A stretch of 64,000 bases of DNA from Candidatus Zhuqueibacterota bacterium (GCA_049322915.1 JBMOPW010000014.1:128001-192000); one strand, 5' to 3'. Counted from the first letter of the stretch, positions 20,489 to 30,985 are shown. Notes: generated by a model not told the origin, from the letters alone. A program made the numbers and translations.

Positions 20489-21463
20489 ATGAGAGCATTA
20501 ATCACTGGTGGCGCTGGTTTTATTGGGTCGCACCTGGCAGAAGAATTACTGCGTCGTGGCGACATGGTGTTTGTCATTGATGATCTGTCAACAGGGAGGT
20601 TGGAGAATGTGGAGCACTTAATGACCAGCCCCCGGTTTAATATTGCTGTGGAATCGATTTTAAATGAAACAGTGATGGATCGATTGGTCAGCGAGTGCGA
20701 TATCATTTATCATCTGGCTGCGGCAGTTGGGGTGGAATTGATTGTGAGCCGGCCGGTCGAGGTGATCGAGACGAATATTTTGGGCACCCACATGGTGCTG
20801 AAGGTAGCGAAGCGCTACCTCAAAAAAGTGCTGCTGACGTCGACGTCGGAAATCTATGGCAAAAGTGACAAGATTCCGTTCAAAGAAAATGATGACCGCG
20901 TATTAGGCCCCACGACAAAAAATCGGTGGAGTTATTCCAGTTCCAAGGCAATCGATGAGTTTCTGGCATTGGCCTATCACAAAGAGAAGGATCTGGAAGT
21001 TGTTCTTGTGCGATTATTCAATACGGTTGGACCGCGGCAAACAGGACGTTACGGGATGGTGATTCCGCGATTCGTCGTTCAGGCGCTCAAGGGCGAACCG
21101 ATTACAGTATACGGCTCCGGAAAACAGATCCGCTGCTTCACCTACGTTTCGGATGTGGTCGATGCCATCATCAATCTGGCGTACAATGCCGAAGCGGTCG
21201 GCCAAATTTTTAACGTCGGTAACACAGAGTCCATCAGCATCAATGACCTGGCTGTGAAAGTGAAAGAGATGACAAATTCCAGTTCCGAGATCGTGCACAT
21301 CCCCTACGACCAGGCGTACGAAGAAGGGTTCGAGGATATGACCATTCGCGTCCCGGATTTGTCAAAGATTAAAACGCTGATCGGTTATCAGCCGAGCGTT
21401 CAGCTAACAGAAATCCTGGAAAATGTCATTGAATATTTTACCAACGAGCGATTGAGGTATTGA
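20489..21463 (+). CDS. NAD-dependent nucleotide-sugar epimerase/dehydratase (extended SDR)
   Basis: TGGAGFIG, STSEIYG, YSSSK (YxxxK) and RLFNTVGPRQ. Confidence 0.92.
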   Translation: MRALITGGAGFIGSHLAEELLRRGDMVFVIDDLSTGRLENVEHLMTSPRFNIAVESILNETVMDRLVSECDIIYHLAAAVGVELIVSRPVEVIETNILGTHMVLKVAKRYLKKVLLTSTSEIYGKSDKIPFKENDDRVLGPTTKNRWSYSSSKAIDEFLALAYHKEKDLEVVLVRLFNTVGPRQTGRYGMVIPRFVVQALKGEPITVYGSGKQIRCFTYVSDVVDAIINLAYNAEAVGQIFNVGNTESISINDLAVKVKEMTNSSSEIVHIPYDQAYEEGFEDMTIRVPDLSKIKTLIGYQPSVQLTEILENVIEYFTNERLRY

Positions 21464-21635
21464 CACGGCGGAGAACTCCTGTCTTTCGATTGCTGGCTAT
21501 CGTGTCCTCTTTAGCAGGCGAAGTCTTCTTCGTCAGATGGGGTGATTTTTATAAATTTGAATGAAGTGCTTTGCCCGTTTGAAATGTGTTGATACGATGT
21601 ATGATGGCGCCGCGCTTCAATTATAGGCTAAATTG

Positions 21636-21681
21636 AAAAAGGGAATTGCAACAGACAGCGGTCTGGCAATTCCCTTTTTTT
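21636..21681. terminator. Bidirectional intrinsic terminator
   Basis: AAAAAGGGAATTGC...GCAATTCCCTTTTTTT between convergent genes. Confidence 0.75.
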
Positions 21682-21768
21682 GTGAATTTTGTTTCTGGCA
21701 GCGTGGGAAAGATGGGCGTTCTGGCCGGTGAAAAGGCATTCTTGAAATCCGGCCGGGAGTGTGCCGGT

Positions 21769-22173
21769 TTATTCAGCCTTCATTTTCGTCGCGATAATGA
21801 GCTTTTCCAATCCACTGAGTTTCGCGATGTCCATCACCTGAACGACGGTCCCGTGAGAGACATGCTTATCCGCTTTCAGGACGAGCGATTTATCCTTGAG
21901 TGAAGGAATCAATTGCTTGAATTTCGCGCTGAGGTCGTTCATGGCTACCTGTTCGTTGTTCAAGATCAGGATGTCGTCGTTGCGTATTTCCAAGATCAGT
22001 TCTTTAATTTTTTCAGAAGCAGCGGAAGCTGACTCAGGCAATTCCAGCTTCATGCCCTGCTGTTCAGTGAAAGAGGTGGAGACCATGAAAAAGATCAGCA
22101 GGATGAATTGCACGTCCACCAGGGATGTGATGTTGATGCTGACTTTGCGATTCCGGGTACTCTTCAGTTGCAT
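21769..22173 (-). CDS. exbD: Biopolymer transport protein ExbD/TolR
   Basis: INITSLVDV.FILLIFFMV, LKADK.V.HG.VV.VMD. Confidence 0.88.
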   Translation of the reverse strand: MQLKSTRNRKVSINITSLVDVQFILLIFFMVSTSFTEQQGMKLELPESASAASEKIKELILEIRNDDILILNNEQVAMNDLSAKFKQLIPSLKDKSLVLKADKHVSHGTVVQVMDIAKLSGLEKLIIATKMKAE

Positions 22174-22180
22174 GGTTGAT

Positions 22181-22831
22181 TCATTCCTCGTTTCTGTTTT
22201 TTAACGGTTGCGCAGGCGATTTAAATCGGTTCAGTTTTCTGATCAGCGTCGATGTAAATTTTTCGATGTCCAGAATAAAATTTTCCGCTTTGTGCGTGAA
22301 GTAATTATACATGAACAAAGCCGGAATACCAATGAACAAACCGGCCACGGTTGTTATCAAAGCTTCTGCGATGCCGCCTGACAGGAGTTGCGCCTGTCCA
22401 ATGCCTTTTTCGGTGATCACTGTAAAAACGCTGACCATACCTAAAACCGTTCCGAGCAATCCCATGAGCGGAGCAATGCCGGCGATTGTTTCCAGCATGG
22501 CCAGTCCCTTTTCCAACTCCCGCACTTCCTGCCGACCCTGCTCCTCGATCAACTCCTTCAGTTCCGCTTTATCGAGATCGCTATTTTCCAGTCCGAGCAT
22601 GATGATGTTGGCGAAGGCGCCTTTGTTCTTGTTGCAAATGGAAATGGCTAAATGAATATCCTCCGGCCGTTGCAGCGTTTCAATGACATTGATGATCTCG
22701 GGAATCAGCACTTTCTTTCTTCTCAACGAAATCGATCGTTCGATAATAATGGCGAGAGCGATGATTGAACTAATGACGAGTGGAATCATCATGATCCCAC
22801 CGCGCTGTAATGTCGTCCAGGCTTCTTGCAT
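22181..22831 (-). CDS. exbB: MotA/TolQ/ExbB proton channel
   Basis: GGIMMIPL...ER, IAPLMGLLGTVLGM and GIAEALITTVAGL. Confidence 0.88.
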   Translation of the reverse strand: MQEAWTTLQRGGIMMIPLVISSIIALAIIIERSISLRRKKVLIPEIINVIETLQRPEDIHLAISICNKNKGAFANIIMLGLENSDLDKAELKELIEEQGRQEVRELEKGLAMLETIAGIAPLMGLLGTVLGMVSVFTVITEKGIGQAQLLSGGIAEALITTVAGLFIGIPALFMYNYFTHKAENFILDIEKFTSTLIRKLNRFKSPAQPLKNRNEE

Positions 22832-23073
22832 CAGTTTCAGTTCCTGTCGTTATGAGTGATAATCGATTATGAGTTTAATAGGCATGACCAATTGGATTGA
22901 TCGATTGAAATATAAACCAGAATAGCTTCTGCTCAGGGCAAATATTCACTTCGCTCTTTCGTCATCGTTGACTGACGGGGAAAACAAAAATTCTACGATC
23001 GTGCCGCATCGTGGCAGGCAATTTCTCTCTTATTTTTTCAGAATTTAGCCTGTCGCGATCTGCGCGCAGTCTT

Positions 23074-23967
23074 TCACCGCTTAATGAAATACGTGAATGA
23101 TGCGGTGACCTCCAGATAATTTTCCGGAAAATCCGCCGGCAAATTTCTGAACGGCGAAGAAATCTGAATGGCTTTCAGGCTTGTCTCCATGAGTGATTCA
23201 TGCCCGTTGTATTTTAAAACCTCCAAATCTTTGACCTCGCCATTTGGCATCACTTTGAATCGCAGTATTGTTTCGCCGCTGATGAGCCCCATGTGCGTGA
23301 ATGCCGGCGGCGGGAACACGTTTTTTTCGACCTTGCGTTTCATCTCCAGCATGTAGGGCGCAAAGTCCCACTCATACGTGTTGAATGAAAAACCGCCCAA
23401 TTCATCTGCTGAAAATTTTGTATTTTCGTACAGCGGCTTCTGAGCGCTTCGCTGTTGCGGCGTCGGGGGCTCTGGTGTTCCATCGGCCATCAATTGCTTT
23501 CGGCTGAATTTTTCATGGGTATATTCCACCAACCCCAGCTCTTCCGGTTCGGACTCGGTTTTGTTTGCCATTTCGGATTCGTCGCGCTGAGACTGGTTCC
23601 TCTGTTGATTCGCCAGAGAGGACTGAGCTTCCGGCACTTCCTTGACATCAAAATCTCCCTCAGAATAAGGATTGCCGATGGGCAAAGAGGGATCGCTGTT
23701 CATATCCCGAGCGCGCGAGTTTTTATCGGAAACCAGATCGGTCTCCGAGGCCGGCGTTTCGTCCGGACTATTTTCAGGCGTCTCGACGAGCTCGAATTCG
23801 ATGCGCTTCTCAGGCTCCATCGCAGCGTTGTCCTGTGCAGGCTCGAGGCTATTAGCAGCTATCGGAAAAAGCTGAATTTCACTCAAATACCTGTAGGAAA
23901 AAAACAGCAGCAAGTGCAAGAGTAGTGAGAGTATAACCGCTATTTTTATCAGATGTTTCTTGAACAT
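23074..23967 (-). CDS. TonB/TolA-like energy transducer
   Basis: N-terminal TM with SLLLH, a polar linker, and a C-terminal TonB_2-like domain (SSPFRNLP). Adjacent to exbBD. Confidence 0.75.
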   Translation of the reverse strand: MFKKHLIKIAVILSLLLHLLLFFSYRYLSEIQLFPIAANSLEPAQDNAAMEPEKRIEFELVETPENSPDETPASETDLVSDKNSRARDMNSDPSLPIGNPYSEGDFDVKEVPEAQSSLANQQRNQSQRDESEMANKTESEPEELGLVEYTHEKFSRKQLMADGTPEPPTPQQRSAQKPLYENTKFSADELGGFSFNTYEWDFAPYMLEMKRKVEKNVFPPPAFTHMGLISGETILRFKVMPNGEVKDLEVLKYNGHESLMETSLKAIQISSPFRNLPADFPENYLEVTASFTYFIKR

Positions 23968-23986
23968 GGCTGTTGTGCAAATCCAT

Positions 23987-24748
23987 CTAAATTGTAATTC
24001 TCAGAAAATCCCGCGCAATGGAAATTTCGCTGTCGAAGATTGTTTTGCATCGAGTTCGGATTTCCATTTCAATTTTATCGAATGGCGGATAAAGATGCGT
24101 CAATACCAGGCGCCGACACCCGGCTCTGGCAGCGATGGTAGCGGCTGCTGTGGGAGTCAAATGACCTGCAACAGGGTGATCGTCGGTAAAGGAGCATTCC
24201 AGAATGAGGATATCGGCACGATGCGCAAGTTCGATAATTTCCTGACAAAATCCCGTGTCCCCGGAATAGACGATGGCTGCTCCGCTTTCGTCCTCAAGCC
24301 GATATCCAATGGCCGCATGGCTGTGATGCATTGGCGCCGTTCGAAGTCGGAACAGCGCCGTCGAAATCTGATCGGATAATAATTCATGAATGGAGAGAGG
24401 GAATTCTGGTGTCAGAACCCAGGTCCCATACGCCTGACTCAATAATCCCATAAACCTGGTGAACGATGATGGGCCATAGAGATGCAATTCCCTGGTTCGC
24501 TGAAAATCTGGTGTGGTGTGGAGCGCCTGAATGAGCGGAATTAAATCCGCTGTGTGGTCTGAATGAGTATGCGTCAAAAAGACATGATTGAGGTCAGTGT
24601 ACATAATACCGGCGCTCAACAAGCGAGTCAATGTGCCGGAGCCGCAGTCGAAAAGAAGGGGTTCAGTTCCAACTTTTATGAGAATTCCAGGAGCGCTTTT
24701 TTCGAGAGACGGTATCCCTGTCCCTGAGCCTAAGAAGGTAATTTCCAT
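23987..24748 (-). CDS. MBL-fold metallo-hydrolase, RNase Z-like
   Basis: LGSGTG, FDCGSG, THTHSDH, YSGDT, LECS, GHLT and LTHLYP. Confidence 0.85.
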   Translation of the reverse strand: MEITFLGSGTGIPSLEKSAPGILIKVGTEPLLFDCGSGTLTRLLSAGIMYTDLNHVFLTHTHSDHTADLIPLIQALHTTPDFQRTRELHLYGPSSFTRFMGLLSQAYGTWVLTPEFPLSIHELLSDQISTALFRLRTAPMHHSHAAIGYRLEDESGAAIVYSGDTGFCQEIIELAHRADILILECSFTDDHPVAGHLTPTAAATIAARAGCRRLVLTHLYPPFDKIEMEIRTRCKTIFDSEISIARDFLRITI

Positions 24749-24764
24749 TCACATTCAATAATTA

Positions 24765-25082
24765 TCATGTTTCACTGTTGACCCAGGCTACATAGTCATC
24801 TGCGCCGGCGATAATGGGCAGCGCAATTATCTCAGGTGTTTCATAACTATGAAGCGCTTTAATTTCCAGGGCTACCTCGTTGAATTTGCTGCGTCGGGTT
24901 TTTAGAATCATCAGGACTTCGTGTTCATGGTTGATTTTCCCCTGCCAGCGAAAAATTGAAAAAACCGGGCTGACCATTGAGCCACAGGCGATCAACTTTT
25001 TTTCTACTAAGGCGCTGGTTATTAGTTCCGCCTCCTGCTGGTTGGCGGCCGTGACAAAGATGACAATGATATCTTCGTTCAT
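24765..25082 (-). CDS. cutA: Divalent-cation tolerance protein CutA
   Basis: LIAC, SIFRWQGKI and LHSYETPEII. Confidence 0.92.
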   Translation of the reverse strand: MNEDIIVIFVTAANQQEAELITSALVEKKLIACGSMVSPVFSIFRWQGKINHEHEVLMILKTRRSKFNEVALEIKALHSYETPEIIALPIIAGADDYVAWVNSET

Positions 25083-25088
25083 TCCGCA

Positions 25089-25394
25089 TCACCTTTTCAA
25101 TTTTCTTCCCAATGCCTTTTCAATCGATTCAATTTTGCCGCGCAGCCGGAATTGTGCGCCCTCTCTGTCGTCGATAGAAATATGCGTGACGACGCGGTTG
25201 GAGTACATGCGCATGGTGATGTGGCAGAGTTTAATGACATCGAACACCTCATCCGTTGTGCCTTCGACGATGGTGCCCATGGCGGTCAATTGATATTCCA
25301 GTCCACTCTGGTCGATGATGTTCAGGATTTCAGCGACATAGCTGCTGACGCTTTCTCCCTTATCAGTCGGAACAACGCTGAATTCAGCTAACAT
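25089..25394 (-). CDS. MTH1187-family thiamine-binding protein
   Basis: AEFSVVP...SVS.YVA, SGLEYQLTAMGT.VEG and IDDR. Confidence 0.85.
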   Translation of the reverse strand: MLAEFSVVPTDKGESVSSYVAEILNIIDQSGLEYQLTAMGTIVEGTTDEVFDVIKLCHITMRMYSNRVVTHISIDDREGAQFRLRGKIESIEKALGRKLKR

Positions 25395-25523
25395 AGTGTA
25401 TGGGGTCCTTTTTTTGAATTTCCGGATTGAGAAATCCGCGACAAGGTTGCTCAGAAGTTAGACGATGCATTGAGTGGGATAGTTTGAAGGTGAAAAAAAA
25501 TAGGTTTGAAAACAGGTAAAAAG

Positions 25524-26459
25524 CTAACGGTTTTCAATGTTCACAGGCGAGGCCAGTAACTGGGTGAGCTTTTGTTTCGTGTCCTCGTCCTCCGGATCGA
25601 TTTTATTGGCAATGATGTATTCGCTGATGGCTTTTTCTTCGAGACCCTGAATTTCGAAAATCCGTCCCAGGAAATAATGGGCGATAAAATTATTCGGTTC
25701 AAATTCCAGAATGGCCTCATATTCCCGAACAGCATTATCCCAATACCCTAACCGCGTGTAGATTTCGGCCAGCCCCAGATGTTCTTCTTTTTGATTGCTA
25801 CCAAATTTGACGGCGTTAGAAAATGCATCGATGGCCAGTTGGTACTCGATTTTGCTTTTGTACACAATGCCGAGAAGGAAATATAGACTGCCCTCGTGGG
25901 GATACAAATCAAGGACGCGCTTGAAGCAGTATTCGGCCCGGTCCAGCATGCCCATTTGATAATACACCTTGCCGAGATGAATGCGCAGCGGCGCCGTATC
26001 GTAACCCTTCTGGATGGCGGTCTCCATGGCTTTGCGCGCCTGGGAATAGTTGCGTTTGATGAAATGGATCAAACCCAGTTCGTAGCAGAGCGACGGCGAC
26101 GGCGAATTCAATTGCTGGGCGTGCGTTAAATTTTCATAGGCTTCATCGATGCGATTCAAATCGCGCAAATTCCTCCCGATGATTTCATAGATTTCCGGGA
26201 GCAGCCTCTGATGCTTGCGCTTTCGATTGCAGATCGCGATGACCTGCTCGTACTTTTTCTGGGCTTCCAATCGCGCGACTTTTTTCCGCCATGAAACTGG
26301 GGATAGCGCCCAAATTTTGAAGTGATGCCATAGCCGGCTTTTTTTCCAGGTAATTTCGAAAAAGAGAAACAGGTTTTTGAAGTGCAACCGCATGTTCCAC
26401 AGCTTGAGGTAAAAGAGCGCCCATTTATTTCGTGAATTATTTTTGTTCATACCCGGCAA
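25524..26459 (-). CDS. Tetratricopeptide repeat protein
   Basis: Several TPR-like units (LG..Y...G....A). The start is uncertain. Confidence 0.75.
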   Translation of the reverse strand: MPGMNKNNSRNKWALFYLKLWNMRLHFKNLFLFFEITWKKSRLWHHFKIWALSPVSWRKKVARLEAQKKYEQVIAICNRKRKHQRLLPEIYEIIGRNLRDLNRIDEAYENLTHAQQLNSPSPSLCYELGLIHFIKRNYSQARKAMETAIQKGYDTAPLRIHLGKVYYQMGMLDRAEYCFKRVLDLYPHEGSLYFLLGIVYKSKIEYQLAIDAFSNAVKFGSNQKEEHLGLAEIYTRLGYWDNAVREYEAILEFEPNNFIAHYFLGRIFEIQGLEEKAISEYIIANKIDPEDEDTKQKLTQLLASPVNIENR

Positions 26460-26512
26460 TTGGATTACAAGCGTTATTGAGAATCGCCCTGATTAATTGG
26501 GAGTGTCGTGAA

Positions 26513-27337
26513 TTACCATGAAGGCATGCGTTTTAAAATTTCTTTCATCAATCGAACGAAGGTATCTTTGATCCGATCTGCTGTTTCCGTGACTTCTTCA
26601 TGACTGAGCTTTTTATCGCCGATGCCGGTCGCCAGGTTGGTAATGCAGGACATGCCAAGGACCCGTATTCGCATTTGACGCGCAACAATCACTTCGGGCA
26701 CGGTTGACATGGTCGCAGCGTCGCCGCCCAGAATGCGCGACATCCTTATCTCGGCGGCTGTTTCGTACGAAGGGCCTTTGGACGTGACCAGGATGCCGGT
26801 CTGAACTTTAATTCCCAGTTCCGCCGCGACCTGTTTGGCTCGCTGGATGAAAATACCGTCGTAAGCCTCGAACAAATCGACAAATCGTTCTTCCGCGGAA
26901 ATTGCGTTATTGCCGATGAGCGGATTGTCGAATAACAAGTTGATGTGATCGGTGATTATCATCAAATCGCCTGGCTGAAAATTTTTGTTAATTCCGCCAG
27001 CAGCATTGGTCACAACGAGATTCCGGACGCCCAATGTTGACAGCAGTCTGATGGGATATGTTGTCTCAAAAGCGGAGTAGCCCTCGTACGTGTGCACCCG
27101 TCCCTTCAGTGCGATGATGGACTGATCTCCCAGTTGGCCGATGATCCATTTCCCGGCATGGCCGGCGACTCGTGGTTTCGGGTAATGCGGTATCTGCTCG
27201 CAGTTGATTGTAATTTTGTTCTGGAGTTCATCGGCTAAAGATCCAAGACCGGAGCCAAGAACAATGGCCGTTGTGGGATTGGATTTTATTTTTGGTTTGA
27301 GAAATTCGAACGATTGATTCAATTTTTCCTGCATCAT
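26513..27337 (-). CDS. punA: Purine-nucleoside phosphorylase (trimeric PNP family)
   Basis: VLGSGLG, GHAG, GRVHTYEG, TNAAGG, GPSYET.AE and MSTVPE. Confidence 0.92.
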   Translation of the reverse strand: MMQEKLNQSFEFLKPKIKSNPTTAIVLGSGLGSLADELQNKITINCEQIPHYPKPRVAGHAGKWIIGQLGDQSIIALKGRVHTYEGYSAFETTYPIRLLSTLGVRNLVVTNAAGGINKNFQPGDLMIITDHINLLFDNPLIGNNAISAEERFVDLFEAYDGIFIQRAKQVAAELGIKVQTGILVTSKGPSYETAAEIRMSRILGGDAATMSTVPEVIVARQMRIRVLGMSCITNLATGIGDKKLSHEEVTETADRIKDTFVRLMKEILKRMPSW

Positions 27338-27558
27338 AAATCACCCCACCCTGTGTTGATAAAATACCCCTGTAGCCGCAGCCCTGACGATTGCCGCATT
27401 CCTCATGTTCGTCGCAGAGATGGCAAACAACGTGACCCGATGATTCAAGGAAATGAACCCGGGCAAAACACGAGCGGCGAAATTTGATTCAATTGGAAAT
27501 TGACCGGGATGCATGATCGGGCAGCGGCTGGAACAATTAGTACAATCGATGGAAACTG

Positions 27559-28107
27559 TTACGTCGGTGGCTGATAGCAATTCCAGCAAACCGGCGCGTA
27601 CAACTCTTTCCTCAATTCGATTTTCGGATCGTCTTTAGTAATTGGGATGCCATGTTCCTTATCGCGATAGCGCTGGGAAAAAAGAGCGGTTTGTTGTTTG
27701 CATTTTTCGCACACGCCCAGCAGCACTGTCACCTTTTCCGCGCAGCCCATCAAATCGATGATAGCGCCAAATGGTTCGGCAAAACTATTCAACTGCAATC
27801 CGGCAATGATGATATGAATTGATGATCGGTGCTTATTGCAAAAATTGATCAGATCCATTTTATCGAAAAGCTGGGCGTCGTCAATGGCCAGCGTGGCGAC
27901 ATCAGGCTCGAGGGAGGATTCAATTTCCGCGACTGATGGAACGGTGACGGCTTCGCTTTTAAAGCCGATTCGGGAGACAATTTTTTCCTGGTGAACCGGG
28001 TAAGCAAAAACCTGCACTTTCTTACCCATTAATTTTGCATCACTGATCAGTTTATACAGTAGCCAGGTTTTCCCCGCCTCCATGGCGCCGGTAATTACTT
28101 CTAACAT
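27559..28107 (-). CDS. Thymidine kinase-like protein (TK1 family, divergent)
   Basis: GAMEAGKT Walker A, IDDAQLF, AGL...EPFG and Zn ligands CEKC/CWNC. Lies in a nucleoside-salvage cluster. Confidence 0.75.
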   Translation of the reverse strand: MLEVITGAMEAGKTWLLYKLISDAKLMGKKVQVFAYPVHQEKIVSRIGFKSEAVTVPSVAEIESSLEPDVATLAIDDAQLFDKMDLINFCNKHRSSIHIIIAGLQLNSFAEPFGAIIDLMGCAEKVTVLLGVCEKCKQQTALFSQRYRDKEHGIPITKDDPKIELRKELYAPVCWNCYQPPT

Positions 28108-28235
28108 AAGATCCCCAAATTAGAGTGTTAATGAACATAATAGCAGAATCTGTACCAGGCTCAACGCTTGAAAACCGAAGAAAGGCGTACTTTAGATAAT
28201 TATAGAAAGGTAAATCGATAGATGCCTGAAAGGAA

Positions 28236-28865
28236 TCAGTGACCGTGCTCTTTTAGCAGCGATCTGATTTTTGTCTTGAGCAAGTCAATTGCCACTAAAT
28301 TATAACCGCCCTCGGGAATGATAATATCGGCATAGCGTTTCGTCGGCTCGATGAATTGCAGGTGCATGGGACGAACGCTGTTCTCGTATTGTTCCAGAAT
28401 CGAATCGAGGGAACGACCGCGCTCATTCACATCGCGGCGAATTCTCCGGATGAGCCGAATGTCATCGGTCGTATCGACGAACACTTTGATATCCATGAGT
28501 TCCCGCAGTTCGGGCGTATGTAAAATGAGAATGCCTTCCAGGACGATGATGATGTGGCCGCCAACAGATTTGGTCTCAGTCTTCCGCGAATGCGATTGAA
28601 AATCGTAAATGGGCACTTCAATCGTCCGCCCGGCTAACAATCCCTTCAGATGGTCCAGAAGCAATGGCGTATCAAACGAATCAGGATGGTCGAAATTTTG
28701 CCGCGTTCGCTCTTCGAACGAAAGGTGGTTCAACTCTTTGTAATAGGAATCCTGTTGCAGGACAGTCACCTTTCTCGACCCGAGCTCTTTGAATATCCGT
28801 TCCGTAACCAGTGTCTTTCCAGAGCCGGAACCTCCGGCGATTCCGATTAAAATGACATCTTTCAT
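28236..28865 (-). CDS. udk: Uridine kinase
   Basis: GIAGGSGSGKT, QDSYY, NFDHPDSFD, LEGIL, RRIRRD..ERGR and EPTKRYADIIIP. Confidence 0.95.
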   Translation of the reverse strand: MKDVILIGIAGGSGSGKTLVTERIFKELGSRKVTVLQQDSYYKELNHLSFEERTRQNFDHPDSFDTPLLLDHLKGLLAGRTIEVPIYDFQSHSRKTETKSVGGHIIIVLEGILILHTPELRELMDIKVFVDTTDDIRLIRRIRRDVNERGRSLDSILEQYENSVRPMHLQFIEPTKRYADIIIPEGGYNLVAIDLLKTKIRSLLKEHGH

Positions 28866-28870
28866 AGAGA

Positions 28871-29278
28871 TCAGTATTTCCCCGGTAACGAGGTTTTATC
28901 AAAAACCATCGGCAGCAATGCGCTCAATTTTTCCTGTCTGAATTGTCCGAAGCGGTTGATCATCACCACATCAATGTCCCCGGCCAGATCCCATAATACC
29001 TGGCGACAGGCGCCGCAGGGCGATGTGATTTTCTCCGAGTCCGAAGCGATGTAAATGGATGTGAATTTGGTCTCGCCTTCCGAAACAGCTTTAAAGATGG
29101 CCACTCGCTCGGCGCAAATGGTCAGGCCGTACGAACTGATCTCGATATTGCAGCCGTGATACAGCCGATTCTCCGCCGTCACCAGCACCGCACCGACGCG
29201 AAATTTGGAGTAAATGGCGTATGCGCGTTCCCGGTTTTTCAAAGCGAGTTGGATGAGCTCATCTTCGGTCATGGACAA
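28871..29278 (-). CDS. cdd: Cytidine deaminase (homotetrameric)
   Basis: YSKFRVGA, GCNIE, CAER and PCGACRQ. Confidence 0.95.
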   Translation of the reverse strand: MSMTEDELIQLALKNRERAYAIYSKFRVGAVLVTAENRLYHGCNIEISSYGLTICAERVAIFKAVSEGETKFTSIYIASDSEKITSPCGACRQVLWDLAGDIDVVMINRFGQFRQEKLSALLPMVFDKTSLPGKY

Positions 29279-29344
29279 TTCATCAGGTTGATTTTAGTCG
29301 AGTATTAATATAGGAAATTATTTATTAAAGGCAACTGTTTTAAT

Positions 29345-29375
29345 AAAAAAATCCGAGAAAATGATTTCTCGGATT
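29345..29375 (-). terminator. Intrinsic terminator after ssb
   Basis: AATCCGAGAAA/TTTCTCGGATT stem with a U-run on the minus strand. Confidence 0.7.
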
Positions 29376-29402
29376 AAAATGGTCCTGCTGGCAGATTGTT
29401 AA

Positions 29403-29846
29403 TTAAAACGGAAGATCGTCTTCAGCGCCTTCCTGGGGTTGAGCATCCGGTGGGAACTCGTCCGAATGAGGAGGAATTTCGCCGCTGTCCGTGGTGCGCT
29501 CGCCTTTCCCTCCTAACATTTGAAAATTTTCCACCACGACTTCGGTGGTATATCGGACGACTTCATTTTTATCCGTCCAACTCCGCGTTTCGAGCCGGCC
29601 TTCGACGAAAATCTGGCTGCCTTTCTTCAAATAGGTGTTGGCTATCTCCGCAGATTTCCGCCAGACGACAAGACGATGCCAGTCCGTTTTTTCCTGCGTG
29701 TTGCCATCCTGATCTTTCCAGACCCTATTCGTTGCCAGGCTGAAATTTGCAACGGCTGAACCGCTGGGCGTGTATTTCAATTCCGGATCCTGACCCAATC
29801 GACCGACGAGAATAACTTTGTTTACAGTGCCTTTACCCATTGCCAT
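29403..29846 (-). CDS. ssb: Single-stranded DNA-binding protein
   Basis: VNKVILVGRLGQDPE, TDWHR, VEGRL.TR and acidic tail DDLPF. Confidence 0.97.
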   Translation of the reverse strand: MAMGKGTVNKVILVGRLGQDPELKYTPSGSAVANFSLATNRVWKDQDGNTQEKTDWHRLVVWRKSAEIANTYLKKGSQIFVEGRLETRSWTDKNEVVRYTTEVVVENFQMLGGKGERTTDSGEIPPHSDEFPPDAQPQEGAEDDLPF

Positions 29847-29890
29847 AGGTAACCTCCTGAGTTAAGTTTTGGTCAATTAAAATTTAACTA

Positions 29891-29919
29891 ATTTTAACAA
29901 AAAATCACCACAATGTCAA
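29891..29919 (-). promoter_or_regulatory. sigma70-type promoter of ssb
   Basis: Minus strand TTGACA-N17-TAAAAT. Confidence 0.65.
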
Positions 29920-30078
29920 GATGTTTTTTTGATTTATCTTATGTTTCGTGAAAAAACTGCATCGGAAATTTTGCTTGAAAGTTACGTTTAAAAATATTAC
30001 TTTCTGGTACTCGAAAATCATGATAGGGGGAAACAGAATCGGGTTTTCATATTTTGACCAATTTAATGCAGGTAGAAC

Positions 30079-30978
30079 ATGAAATTTTTTAGCTGTGGGC
30101 TTATCCTTTTGGTGATGATCGTGAGTTTTGCCGGCGCGGAAGAGTACGAACCGGTCACGATGATAGTGGCTAAATGGGGGAATGGGATCGGCGAGTTCGG
30201 ATTGAGACTCGAAGCAGAGGGCAATTGTCCTCAGTCAATCTCCGTGGACGCGCGAGGCAATCTGGCCATCCTCGATGCAGTGAACAGGCGGATTCAGCTC
30301 TATTCCACTCTGGGCAACTGGTTGAAAAGTATCCCTGTCACCATACAGGCGTTTGATGTGAAGTATGTCGACGATAGAATTTTCATTCTGGATCCTTATA
30401 ATTATTTCATCGAAGAATTCAATCACATTGGAAAGCATCTCCGGAAGGTTGAGATTAACCAAAAAATTGATATGATCGACGGCCTGCGATTTGATGGCAA
30501 TCAGGTGTGCATTCAGACTTATGAACAGAAGCAGTACTGTGTGGGAAGCAGTAATTCGAAGACTGTCCAGATTCAATCGGAGCGCGCCGGGTTATCCGGA
30601 AATAGTCGCGACGTTCGATTTCAAACCCGCTGGTTGAATCAACATGAGGGCGCGCTACTCATTGAAGACGACCAATCGAAAAACAACCGCACCATCCCGA
30701 TTCACTGCGATGAATCCATTGGCTCCATCATTTTTCTGGACACGGATAAATACGGTCATATTTTCATTCGGTTGGAATTGTTCGATCAAGTAGGCAAATC
30801 TATCTTTGAAATCCACAAACTGAATAGCAAGGGCGAACCTGTCTCTAAATTTCGGATTCAAAACAGCAACAGGGTGATGCCGTATCGGCCAATTGCCCTC
30901 GATAGCGAAGGCAATGTCTATTCCATGCAGATCCTGGACCATGGTTTTTTTGTGGTGAAATGGCGAGTGAAAAGGTGA
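30079..30978 (+). CDS. Secreted hypothetical protein, NHL/beta-propeller-like
   Basis: Signal peptide (…SFAGA), KWGNG.GEFG, PQSISVDARGNLAILDAVNRRIQLY and IALDSEGNVY. Confidence 0.65.
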   Translation: MKFFSCGLILLVMIVSFAGAEEYEPVTMIVAKWGNGIGEFGLRLEAEGNCPQSISVDARGNLAILDAVNRRIQLYSTLGNWLKSIPVTIQAFDVKYVDDRIFILDPYNYFIEEFNHIGKHLRKVEINQKIDMIDGLRFDGNQVCIQTYEQKQYCVGSSNSKTVQIQSERAGLSGNSRDVRFQTRWLNQHEGALLIEDDQSKNNRTIPIHCDESIGSIIFLDTDKYGHIFIRLELFDQVGKSIFEIHKLNSKGEPVSKFRIQNSNRVMPYRPIALDSEGNVYSMQILDHGFFVVKWRVKR

Positions 30979-30985
30979 GCATCTC

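Noticed and set aside
27341..27589. 82-aa ORF between the tdk-like gene and punA
   Set aside because: It overlaps the end of the tdk-like gene and has no motif or clear RBS.
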